Source of the DNA: Alphaproteobacteria bacterium
Lineage (GTDB): Bacteria > Pseudomonadota > Alphaproteobacteria > GCA-2731375
Assembly: GCA_965225945.1 (NCBI GenBank)
Contig: CBDDBZ010000038.1
Coordinates: forward strand, 448,001-512,000
Direction: 5' to 3'
Length of the DNA: 64,000 nucleotides
Shown here: in pieces, positions 13,884 to 25,408 of the stretch
How positions within the stretch are numbered: the stretch's first letter is position 1
How the letters are laid out: each line of letters starts with the position of its first letter
The notes under the pieces: generated by a model
What the model was told of the DNA's origin: nothing
What the model saw: only the letters and a program-made list of their open reading frames with translations
Database searches by the model: none
Program-made: the position numbers and the translations under genes

Positions 13884-15314
13884 TCAACCGGTCCCGCCGA
13901 CCGTCAGGCCCTCGATCAGCATGGTCGGCTGGCCGACGCCCACCGGCACGCTCTGGCCGTTCTTGCCGCAGGTGCCGATGCCCGGATCGAGCGCCATGTC
14001 GTCACCGATCGCGCGCACCCGGGTCAGCGCGTCCGGCCCGTTGCCGATCAGCGTCGCGCCCCTGACGGCGGGCCCAATTCTGCCGTCCTCGATCAGATAG
14101 GCCTCAGTGCAGGTGAAGACGAACTTGCCGCTGGTGATGTCGACTTGGCCGCCGCCGAAATTGACCGCATAGAGACCGCGCGGCACCGAGGCGATGATCT
14201 CCTCGGGCGCCCGCTCGCCGGCCAACATGTAGGTGTTGGTCATCCGGGGAAACGGCATGTGGGCGAAAGATTCCCGCCGCCCGTTGCCGGTCGGGACCAT
14301 GCCCATCAGACGGGCGTTCAGCCGGTCCTGTATGTAGCCCTTGAGGACGCCGTCCTCGATCAGCACGGTGTATTCGCTCGCCGTCCCCTCGTCGTCCACG
14401 GTAAGGCTGCCGCGGCGTCCCTCGATCGTGCCGTCATCGACCACGGTGACCCCGGGACTCGCCACCCGCTCGCCCAACAGGCCGGCGAAGGCGGAGGTCT
14501 TCTTGCGGTTGAAATCGCCCTCCAGGCCGTGGCCGATGGCCTCGTGCAGCATGATGCCGGGCCAGCCGGGGCCCAGAACCACCAGCATCTCGCCGGCGGG
14601 CGCGGCGACCGAATCGAGGTTCACCAGGGCCTGCCTCAGCGCCTCGTCGACGCTCGCGCGCCAGTTTTCGGTTTTGATGTAGGGCGCATAGTCGAGGCGA
14701 CCGCCGGTGCCGTGGCTGCCGGATTCCTGGCGCTCGCCCTCGCCGACCACGACCTGGACGTTGAGGCGCACCAGCGGCCGCGCGTCGGCGACGCGGCGGC
14801 CGTCTCCGCACAAGATTTCGACCCGCTGCAGTTCGCCATAGAGCCCGACGCTCACCTGACGCACCCGCGAATCGCTGGCCCGGGCGTAGGCGTCGATTTC
14901 CGACATGAGCGCGACCTTGTCCTCGAAACGACCTTCCTCGACGGGATCGGCGGCGCCGTAGAGCCTCTTGTTCGTGCCGGCGGGTCCCACCGAGGTTACC
15001 CCATCATGGCCGTGCTTGACCGCCGCCACGGTCTCGCCGGCGCGGCGGATCGCCGCCTCGCTCAGCTCCGCCGCGTGGGCGTAGCCGGTTTTTTCGCCGG
15101 CCACGCAGCGGAGCCCGAAGCCTTGCATCGTATTGAAGTTGGCGTTCTTCAGCCGGCCGTCATCGAACACCAGGCTCTCGCTCTCCCGATGTTCCACGAA
15201 CAGCTCGCCGTCGTCGGCGCCGGCCAACGTCTCCGCCAGCATTGTCTCGATTCGTCCCCGATCGAGGTCGGCCGCCTCGATCAACCGGGTATCTTGCGAT
15301 CCGGCCTCGCTCAT
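13884..15314 (-). CDS. tldD: metalloprotease TldD
   Basis: GWPGIMLHEAIGHGLEGDFNRK, PRMTNTYM, GTCGKNGQSVPVGVGQPT; usual position divergent from coxB. Confidence 0.96.
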   Translation of the reverse strand: MSEAGSQDTRLIEAADLDRGRIETMLAETLAGADDGELFVEHRESESLVFDDGRLKNANFNTMQGFGLRCVAGEKTGYAHAAELSEAAIRRAGETVAAVKHGHDGVTSVGPAGTNKRLYGAADPVEEGRFEDKVALMSEIDAYARASDSRVRQVSVGLYGELQRVEILCGDGRRVADARPLVRLNVQVVVGEGERQESGSHGTGGRLDYAPYIKTENWRASVDEALRQALVNLDSVAAPAGEMLVVLGPGWPGIMLHEAIGHGLEGDFNRKKTSAFAGLLGERVASPGVTVVDDGTIEGRRGSLTVDDEGTASEYTVLIEDGVLKGYIQDRLNARLMGMVPTGNGRRESFAHMPFPRMTNTYMLAGERAPEEIIASVPRGLYAVNFGGGQVDITSGKFVFTCTEAYLIEDGRIGPAVRGATLIGNGPDALTRVRAIGDDMALDPGIGTCGKNGQSVPVGVGQPTMLIEGLTVGGTG

Positions 15315-15452
15315 GCCCCGTCTCCTCGCGACCGGCGCCCGCGTGGCGCCATGGAAAACAATATGGCGCGCGCCGTGCCCCGCGTCACCCCCCGCTGACG
15401 CCGGGCGTGGGAATTGGCGCTCTTACGCCGCCTCGCCGAAGCGCGCCGGAAC

Positions 15453-15473
15453 TCTGCGACATTCGGTCGCAGA
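15453..15473. promoter_or_regulatory. putative RegA/PrrA/RegR-type binding site upstream of the cox operon
   Basis: Palindrome TCTGCGAC-ATTCG-GTCGCAGA fits the GCGnC-N5-GnCGC box. Confidence 0.55.
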
Positions 15474-15800
15474 ACGGGGCGAGTGCCGGGGAGAGGGCGG
15501 CTGTTCGTGTTTAATCGCTTGATTTCATGGGAGGAATCGACCCCCGGAAACGGCCTGGCAAACGCCGCGCGGAATGCCTTGCCCAGCGGCCGCGCCGCCG
15601 CTCGCCGGCGCCCTTGTCTCTTCTCGCGCCGCTCTAGTAGAAAAAGCCGATCGAATTCGGCTACATCTGGGGGGGGCCGGCCGGAAAGCGCCACGCCGCG
15701 TCCATCGGACGTCGGCGCCTGCGAGCGGCCGCGTCGGCTGGCGAGAGGTCATGGCGTGGCGGTGCCGCGCCGGATCGCGCGGCTCCGAGGGAGAGCGAGC

Positions 15801-16648
15801 ATGACGGCGACACGGATCATCACGGCCCTCGCGGCCATCGGCGTCGCGCTGTCGAGCGGGGTGGCGGCCCGGGCGGGCGAGGGTCTGGCGGATGCCTGGC
15901 AACTCGGCTATCAGAAAGCCGCCTCGCCGGTGATGGAGGACATCACCGGGCTCCACGATTTGCTGCTGGTGATCACCACCTTGAGCACCATCGTCGTCTT
16001 GGGCCTGCTGCTCAACTGCATCGTCAGGTTCAACGAGAAGGCCAATCCGGAGCCGACCAAGACCACCCACAACACCTTCCTGGAAATTGCCTGGACGGCG
16101 CTGCCGGTGCTAATTCTGGTGGTGATCGCGGTGCCCTCCTTCAAGCTGCTCTACTTCGGCGACCGCACGCCCGAGGCGGAGATGACGCTGAAGGCGATCG
16201 GCAACCAGTGGTACTGGGCCTACGAATATCCGGATCACGACGCGCTGAGCTTCGCGGCAGTGATGCTGGAGGATAACGAGCGCAAGCCCGGCCAACCGCG
16301 CCTGCTGGCAACCGACGAGGCCATCGTGCTGCCGGTCGAAACCAACATCCGCCTGCTCACCACCTCCGAGGATGTCATCCACGCCTGGGCCATTCCCGCC
16401 TTCGGCGTCAAACTCGACGCGGTGCCGGGGCGGCTCAACGAAACCTGGTTCCGCATCGACCGGCCGGGTACCTACTACGGCCAATGCTCCGAGCTCTGCG
16501 GGATCCGCCATGGCTTCATGCCGATCATGGTCAAGGCGGTGTCCAAGGACGCGTTCAAGGCCTGGGTCGAGGAGGCCAAGAAGAAATTCGCCGAGGCCGA
16601 CCGCGCGCCGTTGCGCGTCGCGGCCAGCCTCGACGTCGACGGCGCGCG

Positions 16649-16652
<4 letters not shown>
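15801..16652 (+). CDS. coxB: cytochrome c oxidase subunit II
   Basis: GNQWYWAYEY, DVIHAW, CuA motif CSELCGIRHGFM; GAGGGAG RBS before ATG 15801. Confidence 0.97.
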
Positions 16653-18299
<1,647 letters not shown>

Positions 18300-18328
18300 G
18301 GCGACCCGGGTGCGAGAGGAAACCGGCC

Positions 18329-19264
18329 ATGAACTTCGAGGCCACGACGAGGCGAAGGAGCGCGGTGGACGCCGCGATCGACGCCGGCGGCGGCGCCGGG
18401 GCGGCCGACTTCGTGCGCCTGCTGAAGCCCCGCGTGATGAGCCTGGTGCTGTTCACCGCCTTCGTCGGTCTGATGCTGGCGCCGGGCCCGATTCACCCCG
18501 TCATCGCCGTCACCGCGCTGCTTTGCATCGCCGTCGGCGCCGGCGCCTCGGGTGCCATCAACATGTGGTACGACGCGGACATCGACGCGCTGATGGCCCG
18601 GACCCGCGCGCGGCCGATCCCGGCCGGCCGGATCGCGCCGGGCGAGGCGCTGGGATACGGCGTCACGCTCGCCGTCGGCGCGGTACTGGTGATGGGGCTC
18701 CTGGTCGATCCGGTGGCCGCTCTGCTGCTGGCCTTCACCATCGTCTTCTACGTCTTCGTCTACACCATGTGGCTGAAGCGGCGAACGCCCTGGAACATCG
18801 TCATCGGCGGCGCCGCCGGCGCCTTTCCGCCGATGGTCGGTTGGGCCGCCGTCGGCGGCGAGATCGGGCTCGGCGCGCTTGTCCTCTTCGCCATCATCTT
18901 CATGTGGACACCGCCGCATTTCTGGGCCCTCTCGCTCTACCGGGCGGGCGACTACGCCGAGGCCGGGGTGCCGATGCTGCCGGTGGTGGCCGGCACCGAG
19001 GAGACGCGGCGACAGATCTGGATCTATTCGCTGTTGCTGGTGCCGCTGACCCTGGCGCCGGTGGCGATCGGCATCGCGTCGTGGATCTATGCCCTGGGCG
19101 CGCTCGGCCTGGGCGGCTTGTTCCTGGCGTTGGCTTGGCGGGTACGGCGCGCCGGCGACGCCGACGCGCGCGCGCCCCGACGGCTCTTCGCCTACTCCAT
19201 CCTCTATCTTTTCCTGATCTTCGCCCTGTTGCTGGGTGAGCGATTGGCGGGGCTTTCGGCGTGA
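18329..19264 (+). CDS. ctaB: heme o synthase (protoheme IX farnesyltransferase)
   Basis: [39 protein letters not shown]. Confidence 0.96.
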   Translation: MNFEATTRRRSAVDAAIDAGGGAGAADFVRLLKPRVMSLVLFTAFVGLMLAPGPIHPVIAVTALLCIAVGAGASGAINMWYDADIDALMARTRARPIPAGRIAPGEALGYGVTLAVGAVLVMGLLVDPVAALLLAFTIVFYVFVYTMWLKRRTPWNIVIGGAAGAFPPMVGWAAVGGEIGLGALVLFAIIFMWTPPHFWALSLYRAGDYAEAGVPMLPVVAGTEETRRQIWIYSLLLVPLTLAPVAIGIASWIYALGALGLGGLFLALAWRVRRAGDADARAPRRLFAYSILYLFLIFALLLGERLAGLSA

Positions 19265-19265
19265 T

Positions 19266-19388
19266 ATGCCCCTCAGCGAACAGCATCGCCGCAAGCGCGG
19301 CCGCAACTTCGCCCTGGCGGGGTTCCTGGTGGTTCTCATCGTGCTGTTCTTCGCGGTCTCGATCGTGAAGATGAAGGGGGGCGGATGA
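19266..19388 (+). CDS. small 40-aa membrane protein of the cox operon (CoxF-like); absent from the ORF track
   Basis: MPLSEQHRRKRGRNFALAGFLVVLIVLFFAVSIVKMKGGG; ATGA overlap with ctaG; position matches coxF. Confidence 0.8.
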   Translation: MPLSEQHRRKRGRNFALAGFLVVLIVLFFAVSIVKMKGGG

Positions 19389-19972
19389 GCCGGGAACTCG
19401 AGCGGCGGAAGAAATTGACGGCGCTGACGGCGGCGGGCGCGGTGGTCGCCATGACCGGGCTCGCCTTCGCCGCCGTGCCGCTCTACCGCGTGTTCTGCCA
19501 GGCGACCGGTTTTGCCGGCACGCCGGCGCTCGCCGAGGTGGCGCCGAGGGAGATCGCCGAGCGCCGCATCACCGTCCGCTTCGATGCCAACACGAGCAAG
19601 GAATTGCCGTGGCGCTTCCGGCCGGTGGCACGGCTGATGACGGTCCGGGTCGGCGAGCAGGGCTTCGCTCACTACGTTGCCCGCAGTCTGGCCGACGTGG
19701 CGACGACGGGACGGGCGGCCTTCAACGTGACCCCGCTGAAGGCCGGGCGCTATTTCACCAAGCTGGATTGCTTTTGCTTCCAAGAGCAGCGGCTGGCTCC
19801 CGGCGAGGAAGTGGAGATGTGGGTCGCGTTCTTCATCGATCCGTCGATCCTGGAGAACGCGAACCTCGACGACGTCGATACGATCACCTTGTCCTATAGT
19901 TTTTTCCGCGCGCGCCGGAAGGCCACGGTCCGGGTCTTCGGCGACGCGGAGGACGCGGAAGGCGTGAACTGA
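19385..19972 (+). CDS. ctaG: cytochrome c oxidase assembly protein CtaG/Cox11
   Basis: AAVPLYRVFCQATGFAG and the Cu-binding CFCF motif. Confidence 0.95.
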   Translation: MSRELERRKKLTALTAAGAVVAMTGLAFAAVPLYRVFCQATGFAGTPALAEVAPREIAERRITVRFDANTSKELPWRFRPVARLMTVRVGEQGFAHYVARSLADVATTGRAAFNVTPLKAGRYFTKLDCFCFQEQRLAPGEEVEMWVAFFIDPSILENANLDDVDTITLSYSFFRARRKATVRVFGDAEDAEGVN

Positions 19973-20023
19973 GCGAGTGAACGACGCGTGCCCTGGGCGC
20001 GCCGAGAGGGAGCTTGAAAGACG

Positions 20024-20836
20024 ATGACGGATTCCCACGCCCCAGGTCACGACTATCATCTGGTCGACCCGAGCCCCTGGCCCGCGATCGGGGCGCTCAG
20101 TGTGTTCGTGCTGGCCGGCGGCCTGATCTGGTTCATGCACGAGGGCCCGCCCTGGATCCTGATCATCGGCATCCTCGGCGTGCTCTACACCATGTTCGGT
20201 TGGTGGCAGGAGGTCATCAAGGAAGCGACCTTCGAGGGCCATCACACGCCGATCGTGCAACTCGGCATGCGCTACGGCATGAGCCTCTTCATCGCCTCCG
20301 AGGTGATGTTCTTCGTCGCCTGGTTCTGGGCCTACTACAACGCCTCGCTCTTTCCGACGGAGCAGATGGGCGGCGTCTGGCCGCCGGAAGGGGTCTATAG
20401 CTTCAATCCCTGGCACCTGCCGCTGCTGAACACGCTGATCCTGCTGACCTCCTCGACCACGGTGACCTGGGCGCATCACGCCGTGCTCCACGGCGACCAG
20501 CGGGGCGCCACCCAGGGCCTGCTGGTGACCGTCGTCCTGGGCCTGTTCTTCACCCTGATTCAGGGCATCGAATACGCCCACGCGCCCTTCACCTTCACCG
20601 GCGGGATCTACGGCTCGACCTTCTTCATGGCGACCGGATTTCACGGCGCACACGTGATCATCGGCACCACCTTCCTCTTCGTCTGCCTGTTCCGCACCAT
20701 GAAGGGGCACTTCAAGCCGACCCACCACTTCGGCCTGGAGGCGGCGGCCTGGTACTGGCATTTCGTCGACGTGGTCTGGCTGTTCCTGTTCAGCGGGATT
20801 TACATCTGGGGTGCCGGACAGATTGCCCCCGGTTGA
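20024..20836 (+). CDS. coxC: cytochrome c oxidase subunit III
   Basis: HLVDPSPWP, FIASEVMFF, TGFHGAHV, AAWYWHFVDVVWLFLF. Confidence 0.98.
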   Translation: MTDSHAPGHDYHLVDPSPWPAIGALSVFVLAGGLIWFMHEGPPWILIIGILGVLYTMFGWWQEVIKEATFEGHHTPIVQLGMRYGMSLFIASEVMFFVAWFWAYYNASLFPTEQMGGVWPPEGVYSFNPWHLPLLNTLILLTSSTTVTWAHHAVLHGDQRGATQGLLVTVVLGLFFTLIQGIEYAHAPFTFTGGIYGSTFFMATGFHGAHVIIGTTFLFVCLFRTMKGHFKPTHHFGLEAAAWYWHFVDVVWLFLFSGIYIWGAGQIAPG

Positions 20837-20842
20837 TCGCGC

Positions 20843-21205
20843 ATGACCGGCTTTTCCCGCATCTCGCCGTTCGGCGCGGGGTTACGCTGCCGCTGTCCGC
20901 GCTGTGGCCGGGGGCGGCTCTACCAGGGGCTCTTGAACGTCCGGCCGGCTTGCGAGGAATGTGATCTCGATCTTTCGGCCGAGGATTCGGGCGACGGACC
21001 GGCAGTATTCGTGATCTTAGTGATCGGCGCTATCGCCGTCCTGGCGGCCTTGCTGGTGGAAATCGTGTTCTCGCCGCCCAGTTGGGTGCATCTGATCTAC
21101 CAGGTGCCCCTGGTGCTGGGCGGCTCGGTGGGGTTGCTGCGCCCCTTCAAGGCGACGCTGATCGCGCTCCAGTACCGCCACCGCGGCCACGACTTCGAGA
21201 CGTGA
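20843..21205 (+). CDS. DUF983 family protein
   Basis: CRCPRCGRGRLY, CEECDLD, DSGDGPAVF, LLRPFKATLIALQY; usual cox operon member. Confidence 0.88.
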   Translation: MTGFSRISPFGAGLRCRCPRCGRGRLYQGLLNVRPACEECDLDLSAEDSGDGPAVFVILVIGAIAVLAALLVEIVFSPPSWVHLIYQVPLVLGGSVGLLRPFKATLIALQYRHRGHDFET

Positions 21206-21912
21206 GCACAGGCCCGCCCTGGCGCTCGCGACGGCTGGCGACGGCGGCCGTGGCGGCGGCGACCCTGGTCCTCCTCGGCCTCGGCACCTGGCAGGCGCAA
21301 CGGCTGTATTGGAAGCGAGCCTTGATCGAGGCGCGGACCACCGCCTTGGCGCTGCCGCCGCTGGCGCTGCCCGGCGACGCGGCCGCGATTCGTGGAATCG
21401 CGTCCTATCGTCGGGTCGAGGTCCGCGGTCGCTACCTGCACGTTTCCGCGCTCCGCTTCCCCGCCCGCATCCGGGCGGGTCGCGTCGGCGTCGAACTGGT
21501 GGTGCCGCTCCGGCGCGCCGGCGGGGCTGTGGTGCTGGTCAACCGAGGCTGGCTCCCCGACGGCGCGCCGCCGGCGAGGGAGGTCGAGACCGGCGAGGTG
21601 GTGGTCGTCGGCCTGCTGCGGCGGCGCGGGGCCCAGGGCTGGTTCACCCCCGACAACCAGCCCGAGAGCAACGAGTGGTACTGGTACGACGTTTCCGCGA
21701 TGGCGGCGCAATTCGGCCTCGATGCGCCCCCGGTGGTGATCGAGGCGGGCGTGGACGGCGATTCCCCGCGGCTCCCGCGTGGCCGCGCCTTCGCGGTGGC
21801 GATAGCCAACAATCACCTGCAATACGCGATCACCTGGTACGCGCTCGCGGTGGCTCTCCTCGCCATGACCTGGATTGCGCGGCGTCGCCAGCGCGCCGAC
21901 GGCGGCGCCTGA
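21202..21912 (+). CDS. surf1: SURF1 family protein
   Basis: LGTWQAQRLYWK, VLVNRGW, NNHLQYAITWY; GTGA overlap with DUF983. Confidence 0.93.
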   Translation: MSTGPPWRSRRLATAAVAAATLVLLGLGTWQAQRLYWKRALIEARTTALALPPLALPGDAAAIRGIASYRRVEVRGRYLHVSALRFPARIRAGRVGVELVVPLRRAGGAVVLVNRGWLPDGAPPAREVETGEVVVVGLLRRRGAQGWFTPDNQPESNEWYWYDVSAMAAQFGLDAPPVVIEAGVDGDSPRLPRGRAFAVAIANNHLQYAITWYALAVALLAMTWIARRRQRADGGA

Positions 21913-22015
21913 CCGCGCCGACCGGCGCCAGCACGTCGGCCGCGGGCATCCCGCGCGATCGCCGGACCTGGCAGGCCCCTTTCTCGCGCGCGCCCGGCGT
22001 GGCAGTTTGGCCGCC

Positions 22016-22036
22016 CTAGTGGATAGAATCCACTAG
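22016..22036. repeat. 21-bp palindrome CTAGTGGAT-AGA-ATCCACTAG (copy 2)
   Basis: Extends to CCCTAG...CTAGGG (22014-22038); directly precedes the tmk RBS. Confidence 0.9.
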
Positions 22037-22047
22037 GGGAGGCGGAG

Positions 22048-22948
22048 GTGGCGATGATCGTGGCGATCGAGGGAATCGACGGCGCCGGCAAGGGCACGCT
22101 CGGCCGGGCGCTCGAGGCCCGAGCCGAGGCGGCCGGCCTCCGGGTCGCCCGGCTCTCCTTCCCGCGCTATGAAGAGACCCGCTTCGCCGTGCTGATCGGG
22201 CAATACCTGAACGGGCGCCTAGGCGGGCTCGACGACGTGTCGCCCCGTTTCGCGGCGCTGCTCTATGCCGGCGACCGGATGGAATCGCGCGATCTTCTGC
22301 TCCGGCTAGGGGAGGCGGAGGGGCGCGCGAAACGGGCGCTCGAGGCCTGAGCCGAGGCGGCCGGCCTCCGGGTCGCCCGGCTCTCCTTCCCGCGCTATGA
22401 AGAGACCCGCTTCGCCTGCTGATCGGGCAATACCTGAACGGGCGCCTAGGCGGGCTCGACGACGTGTCGCCCCGTTTCGCGGCGCTGCTCTATGCCGGCG
22501 ACCGGATGGAATCGCGCCTCTGCTCCGGCTGGGCGCGCGAAACGACGCCTCGCGCTACGTCGCCTCCAACCTCGCCTACAACGCCGCCAAGCTGGCCCCG
22601 GGCGAACGGGACGGCTTCGTCGATTGGCTGGCCGAGGTGGAATTCGAGATCTTCGAGCTGCCCAGGCCCGATCTCACCTGCCTGCTCGCCACCCCGCCCG
22701 AAATCGCCGATTCGCTGGTCGCCCAGAAACCCGCGCGGAGCTACACGGAGATGACCCGCGACCTGCACGAGGCGGACCGGGGCTACATGGCCCGCGTGGC
22801 GGAGGTCTACGAGCGCCTGGCGCGGGAAGAGCGCGACTCCCCCTGGTTTCGCTGTGCCTCGGTAAAGGCCGAGGGCGGGCTGCGTCCGCCCGGGGAGATC
22901 GCCGACGAGGTCTGGCATCGCCTCGCCCCGCTGCTGGAGGGATCGTGA
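22048..22948 (+). pseudogene. tmk: thymidylate kinase, disrupted by an internal ~185-bp imperfect duplication (pseudogene or mis-assembly)
   Basis: IEGIDGAGKGT P-loop, SFPRY, ALLYAGDR, RYVASN, LPRPD, DLHEAD; 22105-22290 is repeated at 22333-22517. Confidence 0.75.
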
Positions 22949-23008
22949 TGAACTCGGCTCGGTTTCGGGGTATGCCGGGACGCGCGAATGGCGTAAGAAA
23001 CAGCTGTC

Positions 23009-23695
23009 ATGTTTCGCGCGCGTGAAGCCAATCGCATCAAGAAGCTCGACGGGCCGCGTCGGTCGCCGACCTCGGGCGGCCCGGCCCGCCAGCTCGTCGT
23101 GCTGCTGCACGGCTACGGCGCGAACGGGGAGGACCTGATCGGCCTCGCCCCCTACATGGCGCGTCTGGTGCCCGATGCCGCCTTCGTCTCGCCCCACGCG
23201 CCGGAGCGCTGCGCCAAGCAGCCGATGGGCTATCAGTGGTGGGGCATCGAGAGCTTCAGCCCGGAGGAACGGCTGGAGGGCGCCATGCGCGCGGCGCCGG
23301 TTCTCGACGCCTTTATCGATGGCGAGTTGGAGAAGCTCGGCCTGGACGAGAGCAGCCTGGCCCTCGTCGGCTTCAGCCAGGGCACGATGATGGCGCTCCA
23401 CTGTGGCCTCAGACGCGAGCGGCAGGTGGCGGCCATCATCGGCTATTCCGGCGCCCTGGTGGCGCCCGACCTCTTACCCGATGAAATTCGCACCAAGCCG
23501 CCGGTGCTGCTGGTTCACGGCGATCGCGACGAGCTGTTGCCGGCGGACTCGACCCTGGAGGCGGTGCAAGGGCTCTCCAACGTCGGCGTCGCGGTGGAGT
23601 GGCACTTCAGCGCCGGCGCCGGCCATTCGATCGCCCAGGACGGTCTCGATCTCGGAACCTCTTTCCTCGCCCGCGCCCTCGTCGGCAAGCTCTGA
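23009..23695 (+). CDS. phospholipase/carboxylesterase (alpha/beta hydrolase)
   Basis: LLHGYGANG, GFSQG nucleophile, LVHGDRD, GHSI. Confidence 0.92.
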   Translation: MFRAREANRIKKLDGPRRSPTSGGPARQLVVLLHGYGANGEDLIGLAPYMARLVPDAAFVSPHAPERCAKQPMGYQWWGIESFSPEERLEGAMRAAPVLDAFIDGELEKLGLDESSLALVGFSQGTMMALHCGLRRERQVAAIIGYSGALVAPDLLPDEIRTKPPVLLVHGDRDELLPADSTLEAVQGLSNVGVAVEWHFSAGAGHSIAQDGLDLGTSFLARALVGKL

Positions 23696-23701
23696 GCCGG
23701 A

Positions 23702-25282
23702 ATGACGACAAAGCCGGAAAGCCGGACGGCGCCGGATCTCTTGGCCGAAATGGCGCGCCGCCACCCCGAGGCCGAGGCCGTCGTCGACGGCGGGCTTCGC
23801 TGGAGTTATGCGACGCTCCACGCCGAGGCCAGGGCGGCGGCCAAGGGACTTTCGGCGCTCGGCGTGACGCGGGGCGACCGGGTGGCGATCCTGATGGGCA
23901 ATCGGGCCGAGTGGCTCAGCGTCGAATTTGGCACGATGATGCTGGGGGCGATCGCGGTAGCGCTCAACACCTGGGCGAGCGGCGCCGAGCTCGCCCATCA
24001 GCTCGCCGATTCGGGGACCCGCGTCATCGTGCTGGAGACCAGGCATCGCAACACCGACCTATTGCAGCGGGTGCGCGAGGCGCGGGCGACGACCGAGCTT
24101 CCGGCACTGGAGCATGTGGTCGTGGTCGATCCGGAGGAAGCCTTCGCCGACGTCGTCGACCATGACGAGATGCTGCTCGCCGGCACGGCGATCGAGGAGG
24201 CCGACATCGCCGAGGCCGAGGCCAGGGTCCGGCCCGAGGATCCAGCCTGCCTGCTCTATACCTCCGGCTCGACGGCGCTGCCGAAGGGAGTGCCGCTGCA
24301 TCACCGGGGCCTGATCGACAACATGTGGGAGATCGGCGAGCGCCAGCACCTCGGCCCCCACGATCGGTTGTGGCTCGCCGTCTCGCTCTTCTGGTCCTTC
24401 GGTGGCGTCAACGCGGTCTTCGCGCTGCTGACCCACGGCGGCGCGATCGTGCTGCAGCCGCATTTTGACGCGGGGCGCGCGCTGCGGCTGATCGAGCGGG
24501 AGCGCTGCAGCGTGTTCTACGGCACCCCGAACATGGCGCTCGCCATGCACGAGCACCCGGAGCGGGCGTCGCGCGATCTCTCCTCGCTTCGGACCGGCGT
24601 CACCATCGGCACGCCGGAACAGGTCATGCGCGTCGTCGAGCTCGGCGTCGCTGAAATCTGCAACGCCTACGGTCTGACGGAGGCCTTCGGCAACTCCGCG
24701 GTCACCGATTGCCGAATGGCGCTCGAGCGCCGCATCGCCTGTTCCGGCCCGCCGCTCGGCGGCGTCGAGCTTCGGATCGTCGATCCCGAGAGCGAGGTGC
24801 CGCGCGCCGTGGGCGAGGTCGGCGAGATCCGGGTGAGGGGCAATCTCATGGCCGGTTACTGGAACGATCCGGCCCGAACGGCCGAGGCCTTCGACGGCGA
24901 GGGCTTTCACAAGACCGGCGACCTCGGAGTGCTGGACGAGGCCGGCAACCTGGTGTTTCGCGGCCGCCTGAAGGAGATGGTGAAGACCGGCGGCATCAAC
25001 GTGGCGCCGGCCGAGGTGGAGGATGCGCTCCGCCGCCACGAAGACGTCGAGCTGGCCTTCGTCACCGGCCTGCCCGACGACCGGCTCGACGAGGCGCTGG
25101 CCGCCGTGATCGTGCCGAGGGGCGACGCGCCACCCGACGAGAATGCGTTGAAGGCGCATTGCCGCGAGCGCCTCGCCGCCTACAAGGTGCCGCGCCACTT
25201 TCGTTTCGTCGAGGCGAGCGCGTTGCCGCTGACCAGCACCGGCAAGTTGGAAAAGCGGCGTCTGCCGGAGCTCTTCGGCTGA
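23702..25282 (+). CDS. AMP-dependent acyl-CoA synthetase
   Basis: YTSGSTALPKG, YGLTE, KTGDLG, GRLKEM, LAAYKVP, TSTGK. Confidence 0.93.
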   Translation: MTTKPESRTAPDLLAEMARRHPEAEAVVDGGLRWSYATLHAEARAAAKGLSALGVTRGDRVAILMGNRAEWLSVEFGTMMLGAIAVALNTWASGAELAHQLADSGTRVIVLETRHRNTDLLQRVREARATTELPALEHVVVVDPEEAFADVVDHDEMLLAGTAIEEADIAEAEARVRPEDPACLLYTSGSTALPKGVPLHHRGLIDNMWEIGERQHLGPHDRLWLAVSLFWSFGGVNAVFALLTHGGAIVLQPHFDAGRALRLIERERCSVFYGTPNMALAMHEHPERASRDLSSLRTGVTIGTPEQVMRVVELGVAEICNAYGLTEAFGNSAVTDCRMALERRIACSGPPLGGVELRIVDPESEVPRAVGEVGEIRVRGNLMAGYWNDPARTAEAFDGEGFHKTGDLGVLDEAGNLVFRGRLKEMVKTGGINVAPAEVEDALRRHEDVELAFVTGLPDDRLDEALAAVIVPRGDAPPDENALKAHCRERLAAYKVPRHFRFVEASALPLTSTGKLEKRRLPELFG

Positions 25283-25408
25283 GGGTGGATACCAACCGCC
25301 ATAAGCGAAGCGAAGGACTTTTTAACAGGGGCGCGTTATCGGCTCGCGCGGACCTGGGTCACCCGTTCCCGGCGGGGTCGGAGGGAGACAGTCGGCCCGA
25401 AGCGTGCC

